Assembly (NCBI GenBank): GCA_043769275.1
Contig: JAYVJM010000079.1
Location: 1,182 to 65,181 of the forward strand
Length of the DNA: 64,000 nucleotides
Direction of reading: 5' to 3'
Source of the DNA: Cellvibrionales bacterium
GTDB lineage: Bacteria > Pseudomonadota > Gammaproteobacteria > Pseudomonadales > UBA7239
In this document: one piece after another, positions 19,881-29,600 of the stretch
Layout: each line of letters begins with the position of its first letter
How positions within the stretch are numbered: the first letter of the stretch is position 1
Position numbers and translations under genes: made by a program
Notes under the pieces: model-generated
The model's database searches: none
What the model saw: only the letters and a program-made list of their open reading frames with translations
What the model was told of the DNA's origin: nothing

Positions 19881-20559
19881 ATTTGCCGTCTTACTCACCC
19901 CGCTATTCAGCGCGGCACTTTCCGCCGCGCCGAGTCTCCCAAACATCCAAGTCCACGGACTCCTACCGCCCAACCGGGCGGTAGTGACCATTAATGGCAC
20001 ACAAAGCGTGCTCAGTGTGGGGAAAACCCGTGCGGAAGCACTCACCCTGCTCAGTCTCGACAGCAAAAAAGCCGTGTTTGAATGGCAAGGACAGCGTTTT
20101 GAGCGCCATCTGAGCCAGCAAATCTCTACCAATTACAGCGCCCTTAGCGAAAAAGAAAGAAAAAAAATATCTGAAATTGGCGGAAACAATGAAGTGGCAC
20201 GCATCAAGCGTGGAGCCAGCGGTCACTTTCTAACGCAGGGGCAGATCAACGGCAAACCAGTCGAATTTCTGGTTGATACCGGCGCATCTTCCGTTGCAAT
20301 GAGCGAAAAAGAGGCCGACCGTTTAGCGCTGAATTGGCATAAAGGCAAGCCGTTAACGGCCAAAACAGCCTCTGGCGACGCAGCCTACTATGAGGTGCAA
20401 TTGGAGTCGGTAACCGTAGGCGGCATTACCATCGACAATATTCAAGCCTCGGTGCTAATGACCGGCTCCGTACATCCCATTCTGCTGGGCGCAAGTTTTT
20501 TGCGACAGACCGAAATGGCGGAGAAAGACGGCGTGATGGTGCTGCGTAAAAAACACTGA
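19822..20559 (+). CDS. retropepsin-like (clan AA, DTGA-type) aspartic protease, secreted; start codon unresolved
   Basis: It has the active-site motif [13 protein letters not shown] and a signal-peptide-like [16 protein letters not shown] just after the hflC stop. There is no ATG or GTG between the hflC stop and the signal peptide. The nearest in-frame start is TTG at 19822, inside hflC. The track ORF starts at 19609. Confidence 0.65.
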   Translation: MTLAAPSSNTSKTRTLKHNKFAVLLTPLFSAALSAAPSLPNIQVHGLLPPNRAVVTINGTQSVLSVGKTRAEALTLLSLDSKKAVFEWQGQRFERHLSQQISTNYSALSEKERKKISEIGGNNEVARIKRGASGHFLTQGQINGKPVEFLVDTGASSVAMSEKEADRLALNWHKGKPLTAKTASGDAAYYEVQLESVTVGGITIDNIQASVLMTGSVHPILLGASFLRQTEMAEKDGVMVLRKKH

Positions 20560-20600
20560 TCGCCTACAATGCCCGCCCACCCGCCCGAAGGGAAATTCCA

Positions 20601-21197
20601 GTGTCTTTCCGTTTTGTCGAATCTTCCCTCCTGCCTACGGCATGGGGTGAGTTTATGATCCACGGTTTCGAAGACGATGAAACCGGTAAAGAGCATATCG
20701 CCTTAACGATGGGCGATGTTTCCTGTGGCCTGCCGGTATTGACCCGTATTCATTCCGAGTGCCTAACCGGCGATGTGTTGCACAGCTTGCGCTGCGATTG
20801 CGGCTCACAACTGGATGCAGCGCTGTGTGCGATTGCTGCCGAAGGCCGTGGTGTGCTGTTGTACTTGCGCCAAGAGGGGCGCGGTATCGGCCTCGTTAAC
20901 AAAATAAAAGCGTACAACCTGCAAGATCAGGGTGCGGACACCGTGGAAGCCAATGAGCAATTAGGCTTTGGTGCTGATATGCGCGGTTACGGTATGCTTA
21001 AAATTATGCTGCATCATCTGCGTGTAAGTCGCGTGCGAGTGATGACCAACAATCCGCGTAAATTGCGAGCCCTAGAAGCGATAGGCATTACCATCGACGA
21101 GCGTATTTCTCTGCAGACAGGGCAAAACCCGCACAACGTCCGCTATTTGGCCACCAAGGCGCTCAAGTTGGGGCACCTGTTCGATCAAAAGGTGTAG
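20601..21197 (+). CDS. ribA: GTP cyclohydrolase II
   Basis: [23 protein letters not shown] and [14 protein letters not shown] start. Confidence 0.93.
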   Translation: MSFRFVESSLLPTAWGEFMIHGFEDDETGKEHIALTMGDVSCGLPVLTRIHSECLTGDVLHSLRCDCGSQLDAALCAIAAEGRGVLLYLRQEGRGIGLVNKIKAYNLQDQGADTVEANEQLGFGADMRGYGMLKIMLHHLRVSRVRVMTNNPRKLRALEAIGITIDERISLQTGQNPHNVRYLATKALKLGHLFDQKV

Positions 21198-21207
21198 ACC
21201 GCCCAAT

Positions 21208-21609
21208 ATGAAGATGATGTCTTTTTTACTTAAGCCCCTACCGTTAACTTTTTTGGTATTTTTCATCGCGTTATTAACAATGCTTTGCTTGCGTTTTTGG
21301 CTGATTGAGCCAGAAACGATGGGCGCAGCTTGTTCAAATGCCATGCTGTTTCTTTGGTGTTACCCACGCCAATTATTGATATGGGGGATGGCTTACAGCT
21401 TGTTTGCCTACGCATCTTCGCTACTGCTGGCGCTAAGTCTGTTTGGCTCCATTAAACGATCACGCTGCTTTCTGTTAGCCAGCATTATTTTTAGCTCAAT
21501 GGCACTGATTTTTTATAGTGCTGGCACAGGCAGTGTGCTTCTGCTTGTTGGATTGTTGCGTGCGGTTTATCTCAGCGAAAACACGCAGACACATCAATCC
21601 ACCCTTTGA
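21208..21609 (+). CDS. hypothetical small integral membrane protein
   Basis: The 133-aa ORF has about four hydrophobic helices. I recognise no family. Confidence 0.5.
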   Translation: MKMMSFLLKPLPLTFLVFFIALLTMLCLRFWLIEPETMGAACSNAMLFLWCYPRQLLIWGMAYSLFAYASSLLLALSLFGSIKRSRCFLLASIIFSSMALIFYSAGTGSVLLLVGLLRAVYLSENTQTHQSTL

Positions 21610-21667
21610 CAGACTCAGAACGAAGAGTTGTAAGCCAGCGCGATCAGTTCGTGGTGAGCCTGTCGAA
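21605..21667. repeat. palindromic intergenic repeat, family copy A
   Basis: The arms tttgacagactcagaacgaa (21605-21624) and ttcgtggtgagcctgtcgaa (21648-21667) are imperfect reverse complements. The right arm matches the family unit (..TTCG..CTGAGCCTGTCGAA). Confidence 0.7.
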
Positions 21668-21714
21668 CCATGCAATGCCAACCACACATCACGTGAACTT
21701 ATAGGGATTTTCAT

Positions 21715-22813
21715 ATGCTAGAAATCAACCCTCTGCTTAATGCCATTAAAGATTTACAGGGGCGCAGTGATGTGCTTAGGGGGTATCTTTGACTACGCGA
21801 ACAAGAAAGAGCGCTTAGTGGAAGTTGAGCTGGAGCTGGGTGAAGCCGGCATCTGGAATAACCCTGAGCGCGCTCAAGAGCTGGGGCGCGAGCGTGTTGC
21901 GCTGCAAAATGTGGTGGGTACGCTGGATGAGATGGCAGCAGGCTTGTCTGACGTGGCAGACTTATTGGAAATGGCGGCCGCTGAAGACGATGCCGATACG
22001 GTACACGCAGTAGAAGCAGACATCGACACACTGCGCATTAAGCTGGAACTGCTCGAGTTTCGCCGCATGTTTTCCGGCGAAATGGACCCCAACAATTGTT
22101 ACCTTGACATTCAAGCCGGCTCAGGCGGTACAGAAGCGCAAGACTGGGCAGAAATGTTATTGCGCATGTATTTGCGCTGGGGCGATGCCAAAGGCTTCAA
22201 AACAGAGCTTATGGAGGTGTCGGCGGGCGATATCGCCGGCATCAAGTCAGCCACCATTCGCTTCGAGGGTGAATATGCTTATGGCTGGCTGCGCACCGAA
22301 ACAGGCGTACACCGCCTGGTGCGAAAATCGCCGTTTGATTCAGGCAATCGCCGTCACACCTCGTTTTCCTCGGTGTTCGTATCGGCAGAAATCGACGACA
22401 GCATTCAAATTGACATTAACCCTGCGGATTTACGTGTTGACACCTATCGCGCCGGTGGCGCAGGTGGCCAGCACGTCAACAAAACCGATTCTGCTGTACG
22501 CATTACGCACGTACCCACAGGCACAGTCGTGCAGTGTCAGAACGAACGCTCACAACACGCCAACCGCGACAAAGCCATGAAACAACTGGCGGCCAAGCTG
22601 TATGAGCTGGAACTTAAAAAGCGCCAAACCGAGCAGCAGAAACTGGAAGACAGCAAGTCCGACATCGGCTGGGGCAGCCAAATTCGTTCTTACGTGCTGG
22701 ACGATGCCCGCATCAAAGACCTACGCACGGGCGTTGAAACACGCAATACACAGGTGGTGCTGGATGGGGACTTAGATCGCTTTATTGAAGCCAGCCTGAA
22801 AAGCGGGCTGTAA
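21715..22813 (+). CDS. prfB: peptide chain release factor 2, requires programmed +1 frameshift
   Basis: Frame 0 from the ATG at 21715 reads [25 protein letters not shown] and then hits TGA at 21790. Shifting +1 at CTT-TGA-C continues as [29 protein letters not shown]... (track ORF 21740..22813). The SPF and GGQ ([13 protein letters not shown]) motifs are present. Confidence 0.95.
21778..21793 (+). promoter_or_regulatory. prfB autoregulatory +1 frameshift site (internal SD AGGGGG + CTT TGA C)
   Basis: The sequence agg ggg tat ctt tga c is identical to the E. coli prfB frameshift cassette. Confidence 0.92.
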
Positions 22814-22898
22814 TTGCTGCGGGTGCTTAGTGGGAATTGGCGCGGATGTAGTGCGCAAGCAAAGACTGCCTTCTGCTACAATCGCCGCGTTTTTTCGC

Positions 22899-22924
22899 CA
22901 GAAAGCCCCTGCTTTCTGTTTTTT
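22899..22924 (+). terminator. Rho-independent terminator after prfB
   Basis: cagaaagc-ccct-gctttctg is followed by tttttt. Confidence 0.75.
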
Positions 22925-22947
22925 ATTCGCCTAATACGGTACTTGTC

Positions 22948-23484
22948 ATGAGCTTCAGCAAACTATCCCCCGGAAAAGAATTGCCACACGACATTTATGT
23001 CGCCATTGAAATTCCTGCGAATCACGCGCCAATCAAATACGAAATTGACAAAGACAGCGACTGCCTGTTTGTTGATCGCTTTATGTCCACGCCCATGTTC
23101 TACCCCGCCAACTACGGCTATATTCCAAGCACGCTGTCAGAAGACGGCGATGCGTTGGATGTTTTGGTGATTACCCCGTACCCTGTTACACCCGGCGCGG
23201 TGATTCGTGCGCGGCCTATCGGCATTTTGTATATGTCGGATGAAGCAGGACGGGATTCAAAACTGTTAGCGGTTCCGCACAGCAAATTAACCCCGCTGTA
23301 TAACGACGTGAAAGAAGCCAGCGATTTACCCGCGCAGCTACTCAAACAAATCGAACATTTTTTTGAGCACTACAAAGACCTAGAGCCTGGAAAATGGGTG
23401 AAAGTAGACAAATGGGGCAATGCGAAAGATGCGGAAGCGGAAATTATCGCCGCGCGTGAAATGTATTTAAAAGACAAAGGCTAA
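22948..23484 (+). CDS. ppa: inorganic pyrophosphatase
   Basis: 178 aa, with [27 protein letters not shown] and DGDALDVLV, typical of family I PPase. Confidence 0.95.
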   Translation: MSFSKLSPGKELPHDIYVAIEIPANHAPIKYEIDKDSDCLFVDRFMSTPMFYPANYGYIPSTLSEDGDALDVLVITPYPVTPGAVIRARPIGILYMSDEAGRDSKLLAVPHSKLTPLYNDVKEASDLPAQLLKQIEHFFEHYKDLEPGKWVKVDKWGNAKDAEAEIIAAREMYLKDKG

Positions 23485-23506
23485 ATATTTATTGTTGAGC
23501 CTCACC

Positions 23507-23535
23507 AAAAAAGCCACCGTAAAGGTGGCTTTTTC
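23507..23535. terminator. bidirectional hairpin terminator between convergent ppa and rsmC-like gene
   Basis: aaaaaa-gccacc-gtaaa-ggtggc-ttttt: a GC stem flanked by an A-run and a T-run. Confidence 0.75.
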
Positions 23536-23569
23536 CGTTAGGCGTATTGTGCGTGTGATGTGATTGACG

Positions 23570-24625
23570 CTAAACACGATGCTGCTGTAAAGAAAACAAC
23601 CTGAACTGCCCGTTATCAGCCACGGTTTTGATGTGTTTGAAATAGGGAGCCGCCGCGTTTTCTAATCCAATAAATTGATTCACGACCAATACGGCAACAC
23701 CGTTGGGCGCAAGCAAACGGCGTATGTGTTGCAAAAACTTCACCGTGAGCGCGCCGTCTGTCTCAAAGCCTCGATGGAAAGGTGGGTTACACAAAATCAG
23801 GTCAAATTTTGCTTGCAGGCTCGCACCGCAATCGTCAGCCAGCGTTTCAACCTGCATCCCGTAAAAAGAAAAATTTTCCTGTGCTGCGCGCATGGCTGCG
23901 GCGTTATTGTCTGTCGCTACGCGACGTATTAACGGCAGATGACGGCTTTGCAGCATGAGATAACCGTAACCACAGCCAAGATCAAGCAGGCTTGTTAGCG
24001 GCAGGTTTCCCGCCAAAAAAAGGGGCAAGTGAGCCGCTAAAAACGCACTGCCTTGGTCGACTTTATTCCAGCCAAACAATCCTGGCTTGCTGTAAAAAGG
24101 CAGCGAAACGCCTTCAATTAAACGCAGACTGGCGTAGTTCTGCGTGTCTAGCCGCTCATCGGCAATGGGCAATGCTGTTTTTGTAAAAGTGCCGCTGTAA
24201 ACACTGCCCTGTTTTTTTGATTCGCCATTGCCGAAATATTTTTTCGTTTTTTCGATATAGGTTTTTGTGCCCTCGTTTTTAAAACCCACCAACCGTAATT
24301 GGCCACCTTGCGCCAGCAGGTGCGATGCCTCGTTAATAACATGATGCACCACCGGTTTTTCTTTGGAAATTCTGTAGAGGATGCGGCTATAACTGCCTTG
24401 CGCGAAATGGCTGAAGTCAAAGTCTGAAAACGTGGCTTCGATATGATGGTTGCGCGCAGCTTCAACCACGTCAAAACGGTTGCTAATGATGGACAGGCCG
24501 CTCAAGCCCGCGATGTTTTGGATATAAGGTGCCGCGTGCTCGTCGGCCACCAACAAGGTTTTGTCATATGAATTTTCTGACGCACCTAAACAAGACAATA
24601 AATACTCAAACGCCACATCGTGCAT
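23570..24625 (-). CDS. rsmC: rRNA (guanine-N2)-methyltransferase, RsmC/RlmG-like
   Basis: It has the SAM motif LLDLGCGYGYL and the N-methyltransferase motif CNPPFH, in a two-domain length (~350 aa). The ATG at 24625 overlaps the rsuA stop (TGATG). Confidence 0.75.
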   Translation of the reverse strand: MHDVAFEYLLSCLGASENSYDKTLLVADEHAAPYIQNIAGLSGLSIISNRFDVVEAARNHHIEATFSDFDFSHFAQGSYSRILYRISKEKPVVHHVINEASHLLAQGGQLRLVGFKNEGTKTYIEKTKKYFGNGESKKQGSVYSGTFTKTALPIADERLDTQNYASLRLIEGVSLPFYSKPGLFGWNKVDQGSAFLAAHLPLFLAGNLPLTSLLDLGCGYGYLMLQSRHLPLIRRVATDNNAAAMRAAQENFSFYGMQVETLADDCGASLQAKFDLILCNPPFHRGFETDGALTVKFLQHIRRLLAPNGVAVLVVNQFIGLENAAAPYFKHIKTVADNGQFRLFSLQQHRV

Positions 24626-25323
24626 CAACAAAAGCCCTTGATTTCCACGGCGGTGAGCGGGCGGTACGTGCCAGCGGCAAGATTTTCATCTAAAACAATG
24701 ATGCCAATTTTTTCACGGTGTAATGTCAAAACATGATTGCCTGTCGCCGCAAACATGCGTTTGACTTGATGGTATTTCCCTTCGCTGATTGTCAATAAAA
24801 GGCAGCGCCTTTCAACGTCTGTGAATACGAGTTTTGCAGGCTGGGTGACTTGTGTTTCGCCGCGTAATACGATGCCTTCTTGCAATTGCTTTTCTGCCTC
24901 TGCGCCGAGGCTTTCCTGCAATACAACACGGTAACTTTTTTCGCATTTTCTGGAAGGTGCTGTCACGCGGTGATTCCATGCGCCATCGTCTGTTAGCAGC
25001 ACGAGGCCGGTGGTATCGACATCTAATCTGCCGGCAATTTGCAGTGTGTTTTTGTTTTGCTCGCACAGCAAATCAAGTACGGTTGGGTATTCGCCATCGG
25101 TATTGGCGCACACGAAACCTGCGGGTTTATGCAGCATAAAATAACGTGGTTGCGGGGCGAGTATCGACTGTCCGTCTAGTGTTACGGTATCGCTTTCGCT
25201 GATCTGCACATCAAATTTTTTAACCGGCAGACCGTTTACACATACGCGATTATTTTTCACCGCACGGCGCACATCTAAACGCGACAGTGCTGTGCTGTTA
25301 CCGATCCAACGATCAAGACGCAT
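24625..25323 (-). CDS. rsuA: 16S rRNA pseudouridine synthase, RsuA family
   Basis: It has an S4 domain (MRLDRWIGNSTALSRLDVRRAV) and the catalytic GRLDVDTTGLVLLTDDG. I set the start at the internal ATG at 25323; the upstream extension looks non-coding. Confidence 0.85.
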   Translation of the reverse strand: MRLDRWIGNSTALSRLDVRRAVKNNRVCVNGLPVKKFDVQISESDTVTLDGQSILAPQPRYFMLHKPAGFVCANTDGEYPTVLDLLCEQNKNTLQIAGRLDVDTTGLVLLTDDGAWNHRVTAPSRKCEKSYRVVLQESLGAEAEKQLQEGIVLRGETQVTQPAKLVFTDVERRCLLLTISEGKYHQVKRMFAATGNHVLTLHREKIGIIVLDENLAAGTYRPLTAVEIKGFC

Positions 25324-25346
25324 AGGGTTTTTTAAGGAGAGAAAAA

Positions 25347-25748
25347 TTATTCTGCACAAATAAATTCGACATAATTTCCGTCTGGGTCTTGCACCTGCGC
25401 GCAACGCACACCAGGGCGTAAGTCGCGTATTTCTACTGCAATGGTGCTGCCAAACTGCCTGCATTCTCCGACTACTTCATCAATATTTTGAATATTGATC
25501 GTGATATAACGCAGGCCGTTGCGTGAGGCAAACTCGCCGCCCGCGACGTTTTCCAGCACAGTATCGGCCACCACAATACGCAACACACTTTCACCACAAT
25601 TCAATCGGCAAATAACGCCTAAGCCCGGAAAAGGAATGGGCGCGTCCTGCTTGAAACCTAAAACACCACAATAAAACGCCAGCATTTTTTCGCCATTGTT
25701 GGTAATCATGCCTATATCAAGGGCTGCTTTGCTTAAAACAATCGCCAT
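25347..25748 (-). CDS. VOC/glyoxalase-family protein
   Basis: The 133-aa ORF shows the LAFYCGVLGFK and DPDGNYVEF patterns of glyoxalase/bleomycin-resistance folds. Confidence 0.7.
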   Translation of the reverse strand: MAIVLSKAALDIGMITNNGEKMLAFYCGVLGFKQDAPIPFPGLGVICRLNCGESVLRIVVADTVLENVAGGEFASRNGLRYITINIQNIDEVVGECRQFGSTIAVEIRDLRPGVRCAQVQDPDGNYVEFICAE

Positions 25749-25850
25749 AGTGCTTTCTCCGATACACAGGTGGATTTAATACGCGCGGCATAGTAACGCG
25801 ATAAGCCAGCTCGATTAAACTGTCGACTGTTTCATCCCGAGAGATTTCCC

Positions 25851-26303
25851 ATGCAATTGGCCTATTTTGAAGATTTGCAGCCGGGCTTTGTGTGTCGTGC
25901 GCAAGGTTATACCGTGAACGAGGCAGAAATTATTGAATTCGGCCAACGTTTCGATCCGCAGCCTTTCCACACCAGCGCAGACGCTGCCAGTAACTCCCTG
26001 TTTGGCGGCTTGGTAGCGCCCACCTGTTTGCTGTTGTGCGCGCGCTCTTGGCTGGCAAATCACTTGGACGTTCCCTATGTTTATACCGCAGGCTTAGGTG
26101 TTGATGATCTCAACATACGAAAACCGGTACGTGCGGGCGATTGTTTGCGTCTGGAAGCCGAGGTTTTTCATGCGCGCCCCTCACGCTCGCGACCCGATTG
26201 TGGCGTGGTGCAGATGCACAACCGTCTTTACAACCAGCGTGATGAGCTGGTGCTGGATATGATCGCAAAAATGCTGGTGCAGAAAAAATCTGCACAAGTG
26301 TAG
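25851..26303 (+). CDS. MaoC-like (hot-dog fold) dehydratase
   Basis: The 150-aa ORF has FEDLQPG...YTVNEAEIIEFGQRFDPQPFHTS, the typical MaoC N-terminal pattern. Confidence 0.7.
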   Translation: MQLAYFEDLQPGFVCRAQGYTVNEAEIIEFGQRFDPQPFHTSADAASNSLFGGLVAPTCLLLCARSWLANHLDVPYVYTAGLGVDDLNIRKPVRAGDCLRLEAEVFHARPSRSRPDCGVVQMHNRLYNQRDELVLDMIAKMLVQKKSAQV

Positions 26304-26454
26304 AAACCAGCGCCTTGTAGTCGTAAGCGGCATCAATGGCGTTGGATCGGGCTCGTAAACATTCGCTAGTGTCTCGTCGCTAAATTCCGCTCTTGCATTC
26401 GATATGCATTGCGCTGCGGCTTCGATGGCTAAAATTTTCCCACGCTGCGCGTTC

Positions 26455-26483
26455 CCTCCCCCTTTTTCCAAAAAAAGGGGAGG
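26455..26483. repeat. G/C-A/T hairpin (ccctcccccttttt cc aaaaaaaggggagg)
   Basis: Read directly. The minus-strand translation gives PPLFLEKGGG inside spurious ORF 26181..26519. Confidence 0.6.
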
Positions 26484-26565
26484 TAGTGAGTGAGTCATCA
26501 AGCGAATTGGCGTGCTCACACGGCGCGTTCACGCCACACGCCGTATGGATGTGGTAAAACCGAAA

Positions 26566-26594
26566 ATAAAAAAACCGGCACAAGGCCGGCTTTT
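26566..26594 (-). terminator. Rho-independent terminator after the giant TSP3-repeat gene
   Basis: On the minus strand, aaaagccgg-ccttgtg-ccgg is followed by ttttttttatttt. A second hairpin (ggcaggc-gtgtgt-gcctgcc) lies at 26606-26625. Confidence 0.75.
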
Positions 26595-26642
26595 CTTTGT
26601 GCTTAGGCAGGCGTGTGTGCCTGCCCCTGAAACCATCCCATA

Positions 26643-29600
26643 TTAGCGATAGCCCTGCTTCTCACTCACCACTGCACCTTGGTATTTGCCGTCCAGCATC
26701 AACGTGCGCTCACTGGTGACATCCGGATTAAGTGGCTCTGCGTCAATGTAATCCGGTACGCCGTCACCGTCGTCATCGTCATCACAGGCATCACCTAACG
26801 CGTCCTCGTTGTTTCCTAACTGTTTATCCGTGTTTAACTGATCTTTATTGGCCACCAGCGGGCAGTTGTCTCTGCTGTCAGGCTTGCCATCGCCATCCGT
26901 GTCTTTGCCCTGTGGTGGCAACACGACAGTATCCTCGCAGCCTCGGCTAGTGACTGGCGTGCCCACTGACGTGCCAGGGCAGTAGTCGTTGATATTTGTA
27001 ACGCCGTCTTGGTCATCATCGTCGTTCGGGCGTTGCGCAGTAGAGCAACCGCTCGCGTTAACACCGGTCGCATCTGGCAGCGTGTTAGGGCAGGTGTCCG
27101 CGCTGTTGATAACGCTGTCTTTATCGTCATCGTCATTCGGGCGCTGTGCAGTAGAACAGCCGCTCTCGTTAACACCGGCTGCGCCTAACAACGTATTCGG
27201 GCAAGTGTCTGCACTGTTAATAACGTTGTCTTGGTCATCATCGTCGGTCGGACGTTGCGCAGAAGAACAACCGTTCGCGTCAACACCAAGCGCACCTAAC
27301 AACGTATTCGGGCAAACGTCGGCGCTGTTAATAACGCTGTCTTTGTCATCATCGTCGGTCGGACGTTGCGCAGAAGAGCAGCCATTCACGTCAACACCGA
27401 GCGCGCCTGCTGCTGTGTTTGGGCAAATGTCTTGGGCGTTGAGCACCAAGTCTTTGTCGTCATCGTCATTCGGGCGTTGCGCAAAAGAACAACCCTTCGC
27501 ATCAACCGCTGCACCGGCTGCTGTGCCCGGGCAAAGGTCTACATCATTCGGCACGTTGTCGTCATCGTCATCCGTTGATACGGCGGCAAAAGGCGCGTTA
27601 AAGCGTGCAACGGCCAGCGTATCGACTTTAGTGGCTGTTTGCGTGCTGCCCACCAGCAACACCTTGCCACCCTGCACCTCACTCAAGGCATAAGCACCGT
27701 CGTTCTCATTCGTGGTGAAATCAAGCAGCGTAGTGCCGTCTAATTTACCCGTCGCAGAGTAACGCGCTAGAAACATATCTTCCGCACCCACCGCACCCGC
27801 AACACCGCCGACTAAAATTGCGCCGTCACTTTGCAGAGTGATTGAAGTACCTGTATCGGCATCGTCTGCGCTCGTGGTGATGTCGGCGTGTACGATGCCG
27901 CTGCGACCAAAAGCTGTGTCAAAGCTGCCGTCGCTATTTAACTTCACGACGATCACTTCACCGCTGTTGGCGGCGAGAATTGACGAACCCGTAGCGACAA
28001 TTTTGCCGTCCGCACTGACTTTGACCGCATTTAACTGTGAAGCTAAACCAAGCGTGCTGATGGCGGCATAACCCGTGCTGGCGAAGCTGGTATCCAGCGC
28101 GCCATCGGCATTAAAGCGCGCTACCACAGAATCGGTGCGCGCGCAGGCGGCATCGACACACATCGCACCCACGGTCACCAGTTTGCCGTCGGCCTGCAGA
28201 GCAAGGCCGATGTTATTGCTGCTAGTGGCCACACCATAATTGAGGCGCTTGAGCCCGTTAACACCAAAAGTAGGGTCGAGTCTGCCGCTGGCATCAAGGC
28301 GCAACAAAAGGGCTTGTGATTGCGCACAGCTTGCGTCCACACAGACATAACCCGCCGCGACCAGCTTGCCGTCGGGCTGCTGCACGAGACTTTGCAGTTT
28401 TTCGTAGCCTGCGCCTGCGCTGAAGGCGTAAACCCCCGCCGTGCCGAAAGTCGTATCCGGTGCGCCGTTGGCATCAAAACGCGCCAACAAAACCTTTTCG
28501 CCACCTAGCGATGTTGGCGCGCCGTTCGCAAAACCGGCCATCACCAGCTTGTGATCGCTCTGCTCGACAATGGCCAAGGCTGCATCGTTTGCCGCAAGCG
28601 TAAGGTTGCTCACCACGCTGCCACCGCTGCCAAAGGCCGTGTCTAGCGTGCCATCGGCTTTGAATTTCACCAGTGTGATGGCCTCGTCTACATTTGCCGC
28701 ATCGCCTACGTTACTCAAGCCTGCCGCTACAGAGGTGCCGTCGACCAACTGCACTACCGCATTGGCGTAGCTGTAACCCGTGGCTCCCGCTGTGCTGGTT
28801 TTACCGTCTACATCAAAGCTGGCATCTAAAGCCACAGAATTTTGGCAGAGATCACCCGTGCCGTCGCCGTCGCTGTCTTTCTGATCGGCATTCACAACGA
28901 GCGGGCAGTTGTCGGCGGCATTAAGCTTGCCATCGCCGTCAATGTCATCGTCACAGGCATCACCCAACGCATCGCCATCTTTATTTTTTTGGTTGGCGTT
29001 GGATGCTGTTTTGCAGTTATCCACATTGTCTAACACGCCGTCGCCGTCGGTATCGGTTTTGGCATCTATCTGCACTTGTGAACAACCGTTTGCATCCACC
29101 ACAGCACCGGTTGCAGTATTCGGGCATTTATCGTCAAGATCGGGAATGTTGTCGCCGTCAGGGTCTTCACCGCGCGGTGTGGCATCGCAGACATCGCCCA
29201 AAGCATCGCGGTCAGCATTTTTTTGGTCAGGGTTTGGAGTGAGCTTGCAGTTGTCTCTGCTGTCTGGCACGCCGTCGCTATCTGCATCTGCCACCACAAC
29301 AAGGCAGCCATTATTGGCGATGGAACCTGCCACCAAGGGGCATTGATCCGCCGTATCAGCTACGCCGTCATTGTCGTCGTCCAAGTCGCAGGCATCACCG
29401 CCGTCTGGCGCGCCGTCGGTATTGATCTGATCGGCATTTACAACGGTAGGGCAATTGTCTGTAGCATCGACAACGCCGTCTTTATCGGTGTCGACCGGGC
29501 TGGTTGCTATAACACAGCCGACTGCATCCACGGTATCCGCATCTTGAGGCAAGGTGTTTGGGCATTGGTCTATATCGTCTTTCACGCCGTCATTATCGCC

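Noticed and set aside
22874-22879. TACAAT was considered as the -10 of a ppa promoter.
   Set aside because: It lies upstream of the prfB terminator hairpin (22899-22924), and I could not pair it with a convincing -35. It is not reported as a feature.
26181-26519. A 112-aa minus-strand ORF lies in the MaoC/giant-gene intergenic region. A 63-aa ORF lies at 35817..36008.
   Set aside because: Both are read-through translations of palindromic repeat elements (PPLFLEKGGG and LRQAQRERV strings). They have no SD and no domain.
26931-27580. The regularly spaced 111-nt repeats were considered as a possible CRISPR-like array.
   Set aside because: There are no unique spacers. The units are contiguous, in frame and encode a recognisable protein repeat. 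No cas genes are present.
26989-27693. A 234-aa plus-strand ORF, with several others (27366..27578, 28909..29346, 29223..29612, 29554..29835), lies antisense to the giant gene.
   Set aside because: These are mirror images of the Asp/Gly/Cys-rich repeats. GAC/GAT codons read backwards give a stop-free, Ser/Val-rich frame. They have no SD and a low-complexity S/A-rich composition, and they lie entirely within a far better-supported gene.
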